Below, one piece after another: positions 1 through 6,124 of a stretch of DNA of 20,000 bases. The position numbers were made by a program, and so were the translations under genes. Numbering within the stretch: position 1 is the stretch's first letter; each line of letters starts with the position of its first letter. This stretch comes from an uncultured virus (IMG/VR IMGVR_UViG_3300029955_000017). Its lineage: Duplodnaviria > Heunggongvirae > Uroviricota > Caudoviricetes. A model generated the notes under the pieces. That model was not told the DNA's origin, ran no database searches, and saw only the letters and a list, made by a program, of their open reading frames with translations. The stretch lies in the IMG/VR virus record IMGVR_UViG_3300029955_000017; one strand, written 5' to 3'.

Positions 1-78
1 GTTGCAGCAATCCACGTACAGCTGCCGAAAGTCGGCGATGACGCCGTCTACATCCAGAAGAATAATTGGTTGGCTCAT
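1..78 (-). CDS. HAD-superfamily hydrolase, probably 5'(3')-deoxyribonucleotidase (NT5C-like); N-terminal fragment, runs off the left edge
   Basis: Not in the ORF track. Manual translation from ATG at 78 gives MSQPIILLDVDGVIADFRQLYVDCCN, with HAD motif I hhhDxDGVhxDF. The ATG overlaps the TGA of the upstream gene (ATGA, 75-78). Confidence 0.75.
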   Translation of the reverse strand, partial: MSQPIILLDVDGVIADFRQLYVDCCN

Positions 79-314
79 TTAAGTTCCGTGGCCAGGTTGC
101 TCAGCGTGTCGACGCTGAAGCGCCGCCCGTTGATTGTAACGGTAAGAACCCAAACCGATTCTTTGAAGTATTCCTTCTGCACATGCTTCGCGTAGGTCAA
201 CGCGCGCTGCTCGATGCTTGCATTTTTGCTGTGTACGACATCGAAAGGAAAGGCGTTGATGACCCATTCGGCGACAACAACCTCGTCCTGCTCTTCGCTA
301 TTCTGTGTTGACAT
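75..314 (-). CDS. hypothetical protein (79 aa, MSTQNSEEQDEVVVAEW...)
   Basis: C-terminal part of track ORF 75..605. ATG at 314 lies just downstream of the stop of the 322..627 gene, and the stop is coupled (ATGA) to the HAD gene. Confidence 0.65.
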   Translation of the reverse strand: MSTQNSEEQDEVVVAEWVINAFPFDVVHSKNASIEQRALTYAKHVQKEYFKESVWVLTVTINGRRFSVDTLSNLATELK

Positions 315-321
315 AGGGCTC

Positions 322-627
322 TTAACGGTAGAAGCGAACCTTGGGGAACAGCTTTCGGATCTTTTCTTTGGCGTCTTCCCGCGTAAACGCGCGCAAGTTA
401 TCGTCGATGGTTCCTTCGTCGTTGGCGTACCAGTACAAGGGGGCGCCCAGCCCCCAGTAGGTTCCGCGCTTGTCGTAGCCGCCACTGTTGAGGTAGACGC
501 GCTGCAAGACGAGCTTGCCCGCGTAATCCTTGGGTTCCGCTCGAAGGCCCGTGCGGCCGTACGCAGCGCCGCGTTGTGGGTCGCCGCCCCAACCACGTGG
601 GTCACGTGTTGAGTAGCTTGGGGCCAC
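322..627 (-). CDS. conserved phage hypothetical protein (L-x-R-V-x-L-N-x-GGYD-xx-G-x-YWG-x-G-x-PLY type)
   Basis: Contains LQRVYLNSGGYDKRGTYWGLGAPLYWY...RAFTREDAK...FYR, a pattern I recognise from small phage proteins of unknown function. Start is GTG 627 or GTG 639 (uncertain). Confidence 0.7.
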   Translation of the reverse strand: MAPSYSTRDPRGWGGDPQRGAAYGRTGLRAEPKDYAGKLVLQRVYLNSGGYDKRGTYWGLGAPLYWYANDEGTIDDNLRAFTREDAKEKIRKLFPKVRFYR

Positions 628-949
628 GCTTCTTTCCACAGCGCTGTTGCGCGCGTATGTTGTTCTGCACGTCTGCTTCCATTTGCTTCGCCGCCTTCGG
701 CCCGCGTTGTGTTGCGCGTTGGATGTATTGATCGTTGCTTTCTGTCAACGCCCGGAGAGGATCTTCCTCTTCTTCATGAAGCCGACGAAGAAGGCAGCGC
801 AATACGTCCAAATGCAGTTCGAGCCCATGGCGCGCCGGCCCCTTGACGTCTGCTGTGCGCCTCGTGTCGATAAGGATGCCAACACTTGTGGTGACGCCGG
901 CGGCACAGCAGCGCAAAACGTCTGATTCCTTTGGCGTGGGATTTCGCAT
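602..949 (-). CDS. hypothetical protein (115 aa), apparent paralog of the upstream 745..1134 gene
   Basis: ATG at 949 is preceded by purine-rich CAGGAAGAAAC. The gene fills the gap in the minus-strand block and shares MR-x-PT-xx-E and EL-x-L-x-VL...RL motifs with its neighbour. Confidence 0.55.
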   Translation of the reverse strand: MRNPTPKESDVLRCCAAGVTTSVGILIDTRRTADVKGPARHGLELHLDVLRCLLRRLHEEEEDPLRALTESNDQYIQRATQRGPKAAKQMEADVQNNIRAQQRCGKKRGPKLLNT

Positions 950-1134
950 GTTTCTTCCTGTTCTGTCTTCAAACGGTCAATAACCTGGTGCAGAACACGC
1001 AGATTTAATTCGAAGGCATCGATGGTGTGACATCGCAATGCAGGGTTTTCGTGGAACAGCGTTGGTGTCTTTCGCAGTAAAGCGCGTAGGGAAAGAACAA
1101 GAAGCCATACTTCGTCGTTTGTAGGTTTTCGCAT
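745..1134 (-). CDS. hypothetical protein (MRKPTNDEVWLL...); the 3' ~200 nt overlap the next gene
   Basis: ATG at 1134 has GGAGG 6 nt upstream. The first ~62 codons look like a helical protein; the rest reads through into the 602..949 gene in another frame. Confidence 0.55.
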   Translation of the reverse strand: MRKPTNDEVWLLVLSLRALLRKTPTLFHENPALRCHTIDAFELNLRVLHQVIDRLKTEQEETCEIPRQRNQTFCAAVPPASPQVLASLSTRGAQQTSRGRRAMGSNCIWTYCAAFFVGFMKKRKILSGR

Positions 1135-1177
1135 GACGCGCCTCCGGCGCATGCATCTGGGTGAACCTCGAAAGGCG

Positions 1178-1193
1178 TGCTACAAAGCGCGCA
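1178..1193 (+). promoter_or_regulatory. possible extended -10 element (TGcTACAAA) 7 nt before ATG 1194
   Basis: TG-c-TACAAA at 1178-1186 resembles the TGcTAnnnT motifs at 4374 and 10638 but lacks the final T. There is no SD between it and the ATG. Confidence 0.3.
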
Positions 1194-1745
1194 ATGGCAA
1201 TGACAGCGAAAGCAATTCTCGCTCTTCTCTTGGCGCTACCACGCTACAGCGCCGATACCGAGACCGCCGAGCAGCGCACCAAGCGCCTCGAAACCGTGGC
1301 GACGTCCATCAACGTGGTCAGCGAAAGCGCCACGTGTTCCGGGCGCTACGAGGGAAAGGAAGGGTGCAAGCGCTTCTGGCCCTTGAGTGCCAAGGCGCTT
1401 CAGCGCTTGCTCATCACGGAGGGTTTTTTCGAAACGGGGTTTGCTCAGCGCGTGCACGAGGGGCATTGCTTGAAGCATGAGTGCGACGGGGGGCGCGCTC
1501 GAGGCCCTTGGCAGCTCCAGCGCAACGGCCTCATGCCCATCGAAGCCTGGGAGAAGATGACGGATGCCGGCGAAGAGAGTACGCGCGTGGGCGCCTTCTA
1601 CGCCGCACGTAAGCTCGCTCAGGATTTCAACGCGTGCCAAAGCATGGAAGGTGCCATCGCGCGGTACGCTACAGGGAGCTCCTGTACTTGGTCAGGCGCC
1701 CCCGCACGCGTGCGCTTTTTTGAGCGCTTGATGGCTAAGGACTAG
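1194..1745 (+). CDS. lysozyme-fold lytic transglycosylase (SLT-like) with a hydrophobic N-terminus
   Basis: SLT-like motifs in the expected order: LITEGFFETGF (catalytic Glu in E-T-G-F), ARGPWQL (GLMQ-like) and EGAIARYATG (A-x-A-x-Y). N-terminus MAMTAKAILALLLALP. Start is 1194 or 1200 (the track uses GTG 1161). Confidence 0.65.
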   Translation: MAMTAKAILALLLALPRYSADTETAEQRTKRLETVATSINVVSESATCSGRYEGKEGCKRFWPLSAKALQRLLITEGFFETGFAQRVHEGHCLKHECDGGRARGPWQLQRNGLMPIEAWEKMTDAGEESTRVGAFYAARKLAQDFNACQSMEGAIARYATGSSCTWSGAPARVRFFERLMAKD

Positions 1746-1750
1746 CCTGA

Positions 1751-2104
1751 TTACTCCGTGGAACGCAAGCGTTCATCCCAACAGCAAGCGTCTCCAACCC
1801 AGGCTTTTTGATGCCGGTGAGCAGTTTCTTTCGGAACGAGCGCGCGGCAGAATCGGCAGCGTACGCGCTTGTGTACCGTAGGCGCATGACCGCACTGCGC
1901 ATGCAATTCCCGTAAGCGAGTGCGAATGTTGCCTTCTTCTCGTTGCAGCGCCACGCCATCATCAGCATCTTTTGCTTGTACATAGCGGTCGATGTCTCCC
2001 GCTAGGTAGATGAGCGTGGTGAGCAGGTCCTGAAGATCGCGATCCGCTCTGTTCTTGTAATTGAAGAGCGCATCTGGCAGACGCGCGTCAATGGACGAAG
2101 TCAT
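1751..2104 (-). CDS. hypothetical protein (117 aa) with a C-terminal Cys/His metal-binding motif
   Basis: ATG at 2104 overlaps the TGA of the XRE gene (ATGA). The C-terminus reads CRFC...AHRHQ...GDACCWDERLRSTE. Confidence 0.7.
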   Translation of the reverse strand: MTSSIDARLPDALFNYKNRADRDLQDLLTTLIYLAGDIDRYVQAKDADDGVALQREEGNIRTRLRELHAQCGHAPTVHKRVRCRFCRALVPKETAHRHQKAWVGDACCWDERLRSTE

Positions 2105-2610
2105 GTGGGTACTCGGCGGCGCCCCGGAGGTATGGGCATCGTGGGGTTGGTTTCGCTGGGCGCGTGGGTCGCGCACAAATCACGGTTCGGGCCCGCCGGG
2201 CGGGCACAGCGTAAACACATGGGCCGGTCACAGGTTGTACCGGGGGTTTTACCCGGCCCATCGCAGAGCTTGGTGCTAGAGGCTTGGCAGCGGTAGCAGG
2301 GCGCCTTCTTGCGGCCACAGATGAAGGTCGCAAGGGGTTCCGCCGTGGGGGGTCCTGCGGGCGGTGGAGCAGGATATTCGGACGTGCCCAGCAAAAAGTC
2401 GAGGGACGCCCCAAGGGCTTTGGCGAGACGGCGCGCGAAGTGAAACGAGGGCTCCACCTGACCCTTCTCAACCTTTTCGAGGTAAGTGGCGGTAATGGGC
2501 GTGATGCCCGTATTACGCATATTTTGGGCAAGGAGGGTCTGTGTCCATCCTTTTTCCTCGCGGATCGCTTTGACGCGAAGCCCGAAAGAGGGCTGCATCG
2601 CTTTGACCAT
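2101..2610 (-). CDS. XRE-family helix-turn-helix regulator fused to a Cys-rich (Zn-binding) C-terminal domain
   Basis: FGLRVKAIREEKGWTQTLLAQ...YLEKVEKGQVEPSFHFARRLAKALGASLDFLL is a typical HTH_3/XRE domain. A Pro-rich linker follows, then CxxC-x7-CD...TCD-xxx-CxxC...C-xx-H. GGAG SD upstream of ATG 2610. Confidence 0.85.
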   Translation of the reverse strand: MVKAMQPSFGLRVKAIREEKGWTQTLLAQNMRNTGITPITATYLEKVEKGQVEPSFHFARRLAKALGASLDFLLGTSEYPAPPPAGPPTAEPLATFICGRKKAPCYRCQASSTKLCDGPGKTPGTTCDRPMCLRCARPAGPNRDLCATHAPSETNPTMPIPPGRRRVPT

Positions 2611-2625
2611 TATGCTTCTCCAGCG

Positions 2626-2652
2626 TTAAAAGGCGACCCGTGAAGGCCGCCT
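2626..2652 (-). terminator. putative intrinsic terminator
   Basis: The minus strand reads AGGCGGCCT-TCAC-GGGTCGCCT-TTTAA: a 9-bp stem (two G-U pairs) plus a short U tract, 8 nt after the stop at 2660. Confidence 0.5.
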
Positions 2653-2659
2653 GTAAAGG

Positions 2660-3127
2660 TCACGCTTTAGGCGGACCGTCGTCGGGTACGCGCGTGTTGA
2701 CCCCGTATAGGGCCTCTTGCGCCCGTGCTTCCAGCCCAGGAATGGCAATCAGCCGGGCATCATACAAGGCCGCCGCAAGGCGAAGAAAGACCAACATGCG
2801 TGGGTCGGGGGCGTCGTCGCAGGAGCGCACGGTGTTGATCAGTTGGATCGCCGCATCCACATAGCTGTCCGCGAAAAGACGGGGCAGGGTGTGAAGAAGG
2901 ATGCCGTGCAGCTCGGCTTTGTCGTCCTCCGAAATTTCGTCCTCGAAGTCATCCACAGCATGGATGATTTCGTTGAGGTGCTGCGCGGTGGTCTCCCGCA
3001 GTTGGTGGAACAGGTCCATCTGCGCCTTGTTCAAACACGCCAGATGAAAAGCCATCAAGACTTTCAGGTCGTGGTCTTTCAAGTCTTTGAGCAACTTCTG
3101 CTTCAGATCGTCTTCACTGATGGTCAT
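2660..3127 (-). CDS. hypothetical protein (155 aa, alpha-helical, acidic)
   Basis: C-terminal part of track ORF 2660..3490. ATG at 3127 (MTISEDDLKQKLL...) avoids overlap with the ligase gene. Confidence 0.7.
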   Translation of the reverse strand: MTISEDDLKQKLLKDLKDHDLKVLMAFHLACLNKAQMDLFHQLRETTAQHLNEIIHAVDDFEDEISEDDKAELHGILLHTLPRLFADSYVDAAIQLINTVRSCDDAPDPRMLVFLRLAAALYDARLIAIPGLEARAQEALYGVNTRVPDDGPPKA

Positions 3128-3145
3128 GGTTTCTCTTTGAGTAAG

Positions 3146-3165
3146 CGGCGCGCTGAAGCGCGCCG
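3146..3165 (-). terminator. GC-rich hairpin downstream of the DNA ligase (weak terminator or processing/stability hairpin)
   Basis: CGGCGCGC-TTCA-GCGCGCCG is a perfect 8-bp stem on the minus strand, followed by CTTACTC (poor U tract). Confidence 0.35.
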
Positions 3166-3173
3166 TGCAGGTT

Positions 3174-4280
3174 TCAGGTTCCGGGTTCACGAATGTCGCC
3201 GCCGGTAGCGCAGCAGGGTTTTCCGTCTTCTGTCCAGCCGGTATACCGAACAGTGAGCTGTTTTCCGATGAGTGCGGGTGCTTCGATGAGCATCCGCCGA
3301 CGTTTATCCGCGGTCCCTCGTGGAACCACTTCGAAGGGCGCTCCGTTCTTGGTCTTACAGGTGAAGACCGGCATATCGAGAAACTTGCCCTTGCCGACCG
3401 TGTAGCCAACGATCGGAAACTCTGCATCCTCGAAGGCTTTGAACTTGAGCAGATCCGGGCTTCGAAAACCGTACCGGTAGGTGCCCTCATTCAAGCGCAC
3501 GATGCCACCTTCGTAGCCCTCGGCCACAAGCCGATCATGGTGGGCCTGGACGTCGTTCGGTGAATGGACAGTCCATGTCGGAACACATTTGATGGGGCCG
3601 TCCGTATGGGTTTCGAGAAAGGCCGAGAGCCAGACGCAGCGCGTTGACCACGGCACACTGCTATCGGGGGGCCACGTGGCATCGTAGGCATGGTACTCAA
3701 TCAGTACCGACTCCGGTTGGGGCTTGCGCACCAACGAGTTAATGCGCTCGAGGCTCATGCCGTGCGTGTACAGCTCGCCGTCAAGCGTCGTGTGCACAGG
3801 TAAAAACGTGCTTAGGGCGTTTGCAATGTGGACCACGCTGTAGGGATCGCCGCCTCTGGATTGAAGGCGTACGCTGCCGTTGCTCCAATAAGAAAGGCAG
3901 CGCAACCCGTTGTACTTGGGCTGCATCGTCGCCGGCCATACGATCCTCTTAACGCGATCCTTGAAGTTCAGCGCCAACATAGGCTTGAGCAGGAAGCTCA
4001 GCTCCCGCGTCTGGTTGTACTTCTTTTTGCACTGCTTCTTCCACTTCGCGATGGCTTCAAACCGTGCTTGTTCCTCCGCCGTCGTGGCGTTGACGCGTCC
4101 CACATTCTTGGGAACGCAGCGAAAGCGCGCTTCTTGCTGTTGCCCCTCCTCTAAACCCCAGCGTACGCAGACATCCGGACCTTCGACCCAGCACAGCCAC
4201 GTGTTGGTCGTTCCCGTCGCCGTCTTTGCGTAAAGGAGGGGAAGGGGGCTGTTCCCCTTCCAATTATCAATGTCGTCCAT
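3174..4280 (-). CDS. lig: ATP-dependent DNA ligase with an N-terminal WGR-like/ASFV-like domain, adenylation domain and OB domain
   Basis: PMLA; motif I QPKYNGLR; motif III LDGELY; IIIa YHAYDA; IV EGGIVR; V LLKFK; OB fold IGKQLTVRYTGWTEDGKP. N-terminal KNVGRVNATTAEEQA. GGAG SD upstream. Confidence 0.93.
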   Translation of the reverse strand: MDDIDNWKGNSPLPLLYAKTATGTTNTWLCWVEGPDVCVRWGLEEGQQQEARFRCVPKNVGRVNATTAEEQARFEAIAKWKKQCKKKYNQTRELSFLLKPMLALNFKDRVKRIVWPATMQPKYNGLRCLSYWSNGSVRLQSRGGDPYSVVHIANALSTFLPVHTTLDGELYTHGMSLERINSLVRKPQPESVLIEYHAYDATWPPDSSVPWSTRCVWLSAFLETHTDGPIKCVPTWTVHSPNDVQAHHDRLVAEGYEGGIVRLNEGTYRYGFRSPDLLKFKAFEDAEFPIVGYTVGKGKFLDMPVFTCKTKNGAPFEVVPRGTADKRRRMLIEAPALIGKQLTVRYTGWTEDGKPCCATGGDIREPGT

Positions 4281-4373
4281 CGTAAGTCTCCGTAATAGTT
4301 ATGCCAAAAAGTATCTGATGTTTCACGTGTTAGACGGCGCTCAGTACCGTTGTGCCCTAAATCCGTGCGATGT

Positions 4374-4388
4374 TGCTAGACTGAAGCC
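4374..4388 (+). promoter_or_regulatory. extended -10 promoter (TGcTAGACT) exactly 6 nt before GTG 4389; leaderless mRNA likely
   Basis: TG 4374-4375, TAGACT 4377-4382, spacer GAAGCC, then GTG. No SD and no TTGACA-like -35. Confidence 0.55.
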
Positions 4389-4730
4389 GTGGCCTCCGAC
4401 AAGGACAAAAGCGAAGAACGCGCGCAGCAAACAGCGCAGATGAAAATGCGCTCGGCGATCAACGATGCCTACGCCGCGCTTCAAGGAGATGCGGCCACAC
4501 AATCCTTCGTGGCATTTACTTTTGAAGAAGCCGTGGACAGCCAGATCGAACGCATTTCGGGAACCAGTACGCGCTTGCGGCCCAATGAGCTGGATCGCGT
4601 GACCGCGATTCAGAACAATTTAACCCAAGCCATTCAAGTCATTAAGCAGTCGCCCCCGTCGGCCTTCATGGCCCCCGATCCGACGCGGGACGTCAATACA
4701 CCCGTTACCCCTACAGGGAGTGGATCATGA
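4389..4730 (+). CDS. hypothetical protein (113 aa)
   Basis: Clean ORF, first of the plus-strand block. Its stop overlaps the next start (ATGA, 4727-4730). Confidence 0.7.
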   Translation: MASDKDKSEERAQQTAQMKMRSAINDAYAALQGDAATQSFVAFTFEEAVDSQIERISGTSTRLRPNELDRVTAIQNNLTQAIQVIKQSPPSAFMAPDPTRDVNTPVTPTGSGS

Positions 4731-5326
4731 GAGCAGTGACGGCAGCAGTAGGTTCTCGTGGAATTGATGCGTTGACCCTTGTGAACACACCCGCCGTGGC
4801 CGCTGGGTTGAAGAAAAGCGGTGTTGATTTTGTTGGGCAGTACCTTGGCCGGGTTACGCCGGCGAGCGTCGCTTGCCTCTTGGAAGCCGGCTTGGCCTTT
4901 ACACCGATTACTTACGCCGACATCTTCGATCCCAATGACGGGCTTGAGGTACTGAAGCTCCTCGGTGCTCCTTCAGGATGCACGGTTTGGCTCGACGTGG
5001 AATCGGTAACGACGCTGACGGTCGCTGAATTGCAACAGAAGATCAATGCCTGGGCGAGTGCCTTGGCAGGCGCGGGGTATCAACCCGGCGTGTACGTGGG
5101 CTGCTTGAGCTTGTTGACGAGCGCGGAGCTCTACGCACTCAAGGTGGTGCGCTACTGGAAGTCGCAGAGCTGCGTACGGGATCGCTTTAACAATCTGGTC
5201 GAGCCTACATGCGGTTGGTGCATGTACCAGCTTTACCCCAGCGTTAGCTGGGCAGGGGTCTGGTCGGACGTCAACTTCGTGCAGCAAGACCATAAGGGGC
5301 GCTTGCCTGTCTTGGTGCAGGCGTAG
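4727..5326 (+). CDS. DUF1906 / Rv2525c-like glycoside hydrolase (GH25-like barrel, putative peptidoglycan hydrolase)
   Basis: GID...AAGLKKSGVDFVGQYL; LGAPSGCTVWLDVE (D-x-E); WASALAGAGYQPGVYVG; W-x-MYQ; D-V-N near the C-terminus. These follow the DUF1906 pattern. Confidence 0.8.
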   Translation: MRAVTAAVGSRGIDALTLVNTPAVAAGLKKSGVDFVGQYLGRVTPASVACLLEAGLAFTPITYADIFDPNDGLEVLKLLGAPSGCTVWLDVESVTTLTVAELQQKINAWASALAGAGYQPGVYVGCLSLLTSAELYALKVVRYWKSQSCVRDRFNNLVEPTCGWCMYQLYPSVSWAGVWSDVNFVQQDHKGRLPVLVQA

Positions 5327-5332
5327 CTTTTC

Positions 5333-5361
5333 TTGACAAGGGATCGAACTTGTTTTAGCCT
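5333..5361 (+). promoter_or_regulatory. sigma70-type promoter TTGACA-N17-TAGCCT
   Basis: Perfect TTGACA at 5333-5338, a 17-nt spacer and TAGCCT at 5356-5361 (T, A and last T conserved). Confidence 0.65.
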
Positions 5362-5365
5362 TCCC

Positions 5366-5447
5366 ACTCCTTCGTTGGTTCGGGTGATTCGTCGCGTGTG
5401 TGCTCTTCGAAGACCCGCTGGTTAGCTCCGGCGGGTCTTCGTCTTTG
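5366..5447 (+). ncRNA. candidate ~80-nt small RNA
   Basis: Bounded by the promoter at 5333-5361 and the terminator at 5408-5447, with no ORF carrying a ribosome-binding site in between. The 5' end is approximate (5366-5368). Confidence 0.45.
5408..5447 (+). terminator. intrinsic terminator
   Basis: CGAAGACCCGCTGG-TTAGCT-CCGGCGGGTCTTCG is a 14-bp stem (one U-G pair on the plus strand), followed by TCTTTGT. Confidence 0.7.
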
Positions 5448-5452
5448 TGGTG

Positions 5453-5464
5453 TAGAATCACGCG
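5453..5464 (+). promoter_or_regulatory. -10 element TAGAAT exactly 6 nt before GTG 5465; leaderless mRNA likely
   Basis: TAGAAT at 5453-5458, spacer CACGCG, then GTG 5465. It lies just after the terminator; no SD. Confidence 0.55.
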
Positions 5465-6124
5465 GTGGCTCTCGACCTACAGATCATCCAACCGCAAAAC
5501 GCGATTCCCGTTAGTCGCACCACGCTGGTGACCATCGGAGGGCTGCGCGCGCTGGATGTTTTGGGTTCGGACTTTCGCAGTGTTGATACGGTGTACATCA
5601 ACGACGTGGAGAGCCCCGATGTCATCGTGGTCAGCGCAACGCGTCTCCTCGCGCAGTTGCCAAGCAGCTTGCAGAGCTTCCCCGACGTTCAAAGCGTTCA
5701 GGTACTGAGCCGCCAGCTGACCCTGTCGAAAAGCAGCGTCCTACGCTTTATCATCGGAGATACCCCCGGTACGGTGTTTGGTATTCTTCGGTTGCTTCAG
5801 CTCTTCGTGAAAGTGCTTCTGAGTGAACCCGGCAGCGACATATTCAACAAGACGTTGGGGGGTGCGCTCCTTCGTTCTGTAGGCACTACCTTTGGCAGCG
5901 AAGAGGGCGACAACATTCGAACCAATGCGCTGATCGCGGTAGACCGAACCTCGCGACAGATCATTTCAATTCAAAGCCGCAATGGTACGCTGCCCCGCGA
6001 CGAGCGCTTGCTCAGTGCAAAGCTGATGGGCGCCACGTTTTCTCGAGCAAGCACGTCCATGTTTCTCAGCATTGAAGTCATGTCCCAGACCGGTGTACCG
6101 GCACGAATGAACATGGAGCTATGA
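5465..6124 (+). CDS. baseplate wedge protein, gp25/GPW-like C-terminal domain with an N-terminal Ig/IPT-like domain
   Basis: LLQLFVKVLLSEPGSDIFNKTLGGAL matches the gp25-type 'LxTxxGxxxFxPxxG' pattern, and ERLLSA follows. The N-terminal GSDF...V-x-IND...VVSATRLLAQLP is IPT/TIG-like. It sits directly before the baseplate J-like gene. Confidence 0.7.
   Translation: MALDLQIIQPQNAIPVSRTTLVTIGGLRALDVLGSDFRSVDTVYINDVESPDVIVVSATRLLAQLPSSLQSFPDVQSVQVLSRQLTLSKSSVLRFIIGDTPGTVFGILRLLQLFVKVLLSEPGSDIFNKTLGGALLRSVGTTFGSEEGDNIRTNALIAVDRTSRQIISIQSRNGTLPRDERLLSAKLMGATFSRASTSMFLSIEVMSQTGVPARMNMEL

Noticed and set aside
3128..3490. Long N-terminal extension of ORF 2660..3490
   Set aside because: It overlaps the ligase OB domain in another frame; ATG 3127 is more plausible.
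5384..5425. 13-codon ORF (GTG ATT CGT...TAG) inside the candidate sRNA, as a possible leader peptide
   Set aside because: There is no SD, the stop falls inside the terminator loop, and it has no telling codon run. Not excluded, but unsupported.
5340..5460. tRNA in the intergenic gap (GGTTCG present)
   Set aside because: No cloverleaf, acceptor stem or properly placed T-loop could be built.
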